Below are positions 61,548 through 64,000 of a stretch of 64,000 bases of DNA, piece by piece (the stretch's first letter is position 1; every line of letters starts with the position of its first letter). Position numbers and translations under genes: made by a program. The stretch is from Microthyrium microscopicum (lineage: Eukaryota), in NCBI GenBank assembly GCA_010405405.1, contig MU004231.1, positions 3,708,884-3,772,883 on the forward strand, written 5' to 3'. Under the pieces are notes generated by a model that did not search any database, was not told the DNA's origin, and saw only the letters and a list, made by a program, of their open reading frames with translations.

Positions 61548-63068
61548 GGTTGATAAGTTTCATCAGCATCATGACATTGGATGCCACTGAACTCCACGGT
61601 CTGAGTTGTCTCCTCTTCCTCAAAGCTTCAATCGTTGAGTCAAACTCTGTGAGTCCTCTCAGAAGTTTGATCCCTATAGTTGAGAATCTGGGAGTATATT
61701 AAAAGTATGCACGGATGAGTTGACGATGTCTATTGTTAAAGTATCTATATTAGACTTGAAATATACCATCTACGCTAGAACCAATTTAATTTCGGAGCAT
61801 TTTATACAATATATAACTCGATTCCAACTTGCCAACAACTTGCTACGCTTAGCCACGTAAGTACAATGAAGCTTCACCGTACCTACGACCTGGGGTTTGG
61901 CCGGGCGTGCCGACGATTGAATTTGATTATTACTTCGAGCAGTTGGTGCGGAAGCTGAGTAAAGAACTTAACAGGCCAACGAAATATAAGGAAGAAGTAG
62001 ACACAGAACAACATATTCCATGAAAGCGGTTTGGGTCGATAATGTATTCCAAAGAAAGTGAAGATAAGAGTAAGACAGACCTTCCATGCTGAATAATCGG
62101 AGTCAAGGATAAGAGGAACAACTCCTGCTTTTATCCTCATGTTCCCATGAGAGCCTTATTGTTGATCAGGAAAACGCTCGAAATGACCATGCAACTGCTA
62201 CATATGGTCTAGAGACACTACAAACTCAAGCTTAGAATATCAAATAGTCGACTCTGGGTTGGTAGCAGACGACGCACTCTTTCTGAAGCAAGTACTGCCA
62301 ATGAATCTGTGCATTCGAAGACCAAAAGTGGAAAAACAATTGCTTTGCATCACGCATTGTACATCTCAGCCAGTCAACTGATTGAATCAGACTGCTACGG
62401 TACCCATTTGTAGTTTTCTCTGGGCCTAGGGACACACGGGTAGCCCTGCAAGGCCGCTCATCGATCCTACAAACGGATCATTGCCGAACCACTGACTGAA
62501 TCTTCAAGAATCATATCAACTAGCTGTTGATCTTGATGGCTCTGTGTCTAGCTCGAGATCTGTCTAATCTTCAAAATTCAAGCACTATCAAACTCACCAA
62601 TGGTCTCCACTCCAAGTAAAACATGTCATTTTCTCATCGTAAAATGGTGACTTCATTTCCATGTATATTCATGGATACGGATAATAAGACTCCAGATACT
62701 GCAATACTCGTCCTTAAGCGTAAGGAACATGCTGCTATAAGAGACATATCATCAGTGCGACGTACAACAGGAGGCAACCAGGGATACAAGGGATCGCTCT
62801 CGATCTGTTTTAAGTTTACCGAAGCATTAATCGGATGATCAAAACAATTTCGCAGCTCACCAGATTCGGTGAGCACACCTCGTATTCATGTATGCGTTCT
62901 GTACCTGAAGGTGAGATCCTCAACATGGTTCCAGTACATCACTGCGTATCTTCAAGCACCTTCGGTCTTGAAAACAAAAATACTCACCGAGATTGAAATA
63001 TATTACGTGCTAAACTATCCGCATCATAAATCTTTTTGTTTCCCACTTTGCGTTCAACAACACTCAAT

Positions 63069-63980
63069 ATGGCTTCGTCGCAAACATCAACACTACGCCC
63101 ATCAACATCAACATCAACCACCAAAATGTCCACAACATCCCCATCTTCCCAAGACCACCAACTCCCCGAGCCATCGAAATCTCCTTCACTCACAGCCGCC
63201 GCATGGGCAGATACACCTTACGCCCTAATCCCCACGCCCCTCCCCTCACAATCAGCATACACATCGCCCACCATACCCGCCGCTTCCCTGATAGCGCACG
63301 AAATGAGCCATCTACACTGCATGCTCCTCCGCGGCCTCAACTCACTATACCAACAAGCGCCCCACGTACAAACCGAGTCCTCCATAGCCTCCTTCCTGCA
63401 ATATGGGAACCACTGGTGCACAACGCTAAACCACCACCACGCCACAGAAGAAACCTTCCTATTCCCACGTATCGATGCGCTTGCCGGAGAAGCTCTAATG
63501 ACGCCTAATCTAGCGCAACATCTGACATTCGAAGCTGGCATCGAAGCGCTGGATCACTACTGCCTTACCACCGATCCCTCAGCATATAGCTCCCAAGATT
63601 TCCGCGGCATAATCGAATCTTTCGGATCTACATTACGAGCACACTTGAACGATGAAATAGGGACATTAGTTGCGCTAGATGGGAAAGTGGACGGTGATAA
63701 GTTGAAAGCGCTCTGGCGCGCAAGTAGTCTCCATGCGAGGAGTAAGACGGACAAGAATATAGGACTACCAATGATTATCGGAACATACGATGTAACATAT
63801 CAAGGAGGTGCGTTGAGCGAGTTCAATTTACCGATTGTGTTGCTTTGGGCAAATGAGTGGGTATATAGTCGCAAGTGGGCGGATTGTTGGCGATTTTTGC
63901 CATGTGATACTCGTGGACGGCCGCGGGCGTTGGTGGGTGCTGAGGAGGGGACGGGGATGAAGGAGAGATGGAAGATGTGA
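63069..63980 (+). CDS. Hemerythrin-like (HHE cation-binding) domain protein
   Basis: WADTPYALI, EMSHLHCMLLRGLNSLY.QA, HHHATEETFLFP, QHLTFE, HLNDEI and WRFLPCD..GRPR motifs. Confidence 0.88.
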   Translation: MASSQTSTLRPSTSTSTTKMSTTSPSSQDHQLPEPSKSPSLTAAAWADTPYALIPTPLPSQSAYTSPTIPAASLIAHEMSHLHCMLLRGLNSLYQQAPHVQTESSIASFLQYGNHWCTTLNHHHATEETFLFPRIDALAGEALMTPNLAQHLTFEAGIEALDHYCLTTDPSAYSSQDFRGIIESFGSTLRAHLNDEIGTLVALDGKVDGDKLKALWRASSLHARSKTDKNIGLPMIIGTYDVTYQGGALSEFNLPIVLLWANEWVYSRKWADCWRFLPCDTRGRPRALVGAEEGTGMKERWKM

Positions 63981-64000
63981 AAATAAGCGAGAAGTGAGAA

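Noticed and set aside
61880..62900. Hydrophobic short ORFs, donor-like sites and a ~35-nt hairpin between GH29 and the hemerythrin gene
   Set aside because: The splice model I tried hits a stop immediately; no coherent gene.

Overview
Gene-dense, intron-containing nuclear DNA of a filamentous ascomycete (Pezizomycotina-type genes; short 43-70 nt GT/GC-AG introns with CTRAY branch sites). I can support about 25 protein-coding genes. The left ~38 kb is mostly conserved housekeeping: Sak1/Ssp1-like CaMKK, Aim19-like, HLJ1, UFD2, AXL2, EFM6, RPP1, CUB1, a small Set7-like SET protein, TRAPPC13, a DENN protein, ZNG1/CobW and MOB3/phocein. The right ~26 kb is more accessory: HET-domain gene, Xaa-Pro aminopeptidase, an intronless actinobacterial-like FAD monooxygenase beside a Zn2Cys6 factor, BTB protein, a low-complexity orphan made of short linear motifs, DUF3405, F-box/ankyrin, group XII-like secreted PLA2, GH29 fucosidase and a hemerythrin protein. 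There are also two foldback/MITE-like inverted repeats, a 148-bp tandem duplication and a possible degenerate foldback relic. The best leads are the motif-rich orphan (49 kb), the structured 198-nt TRAPPC13 intron, the monooxygenase/TF module and the 41.2-kb hairpin. No tRNA, rRNA, CRISPR or autonomous transposon was recognised. All family calls are by eye from motifs; no searches were run.
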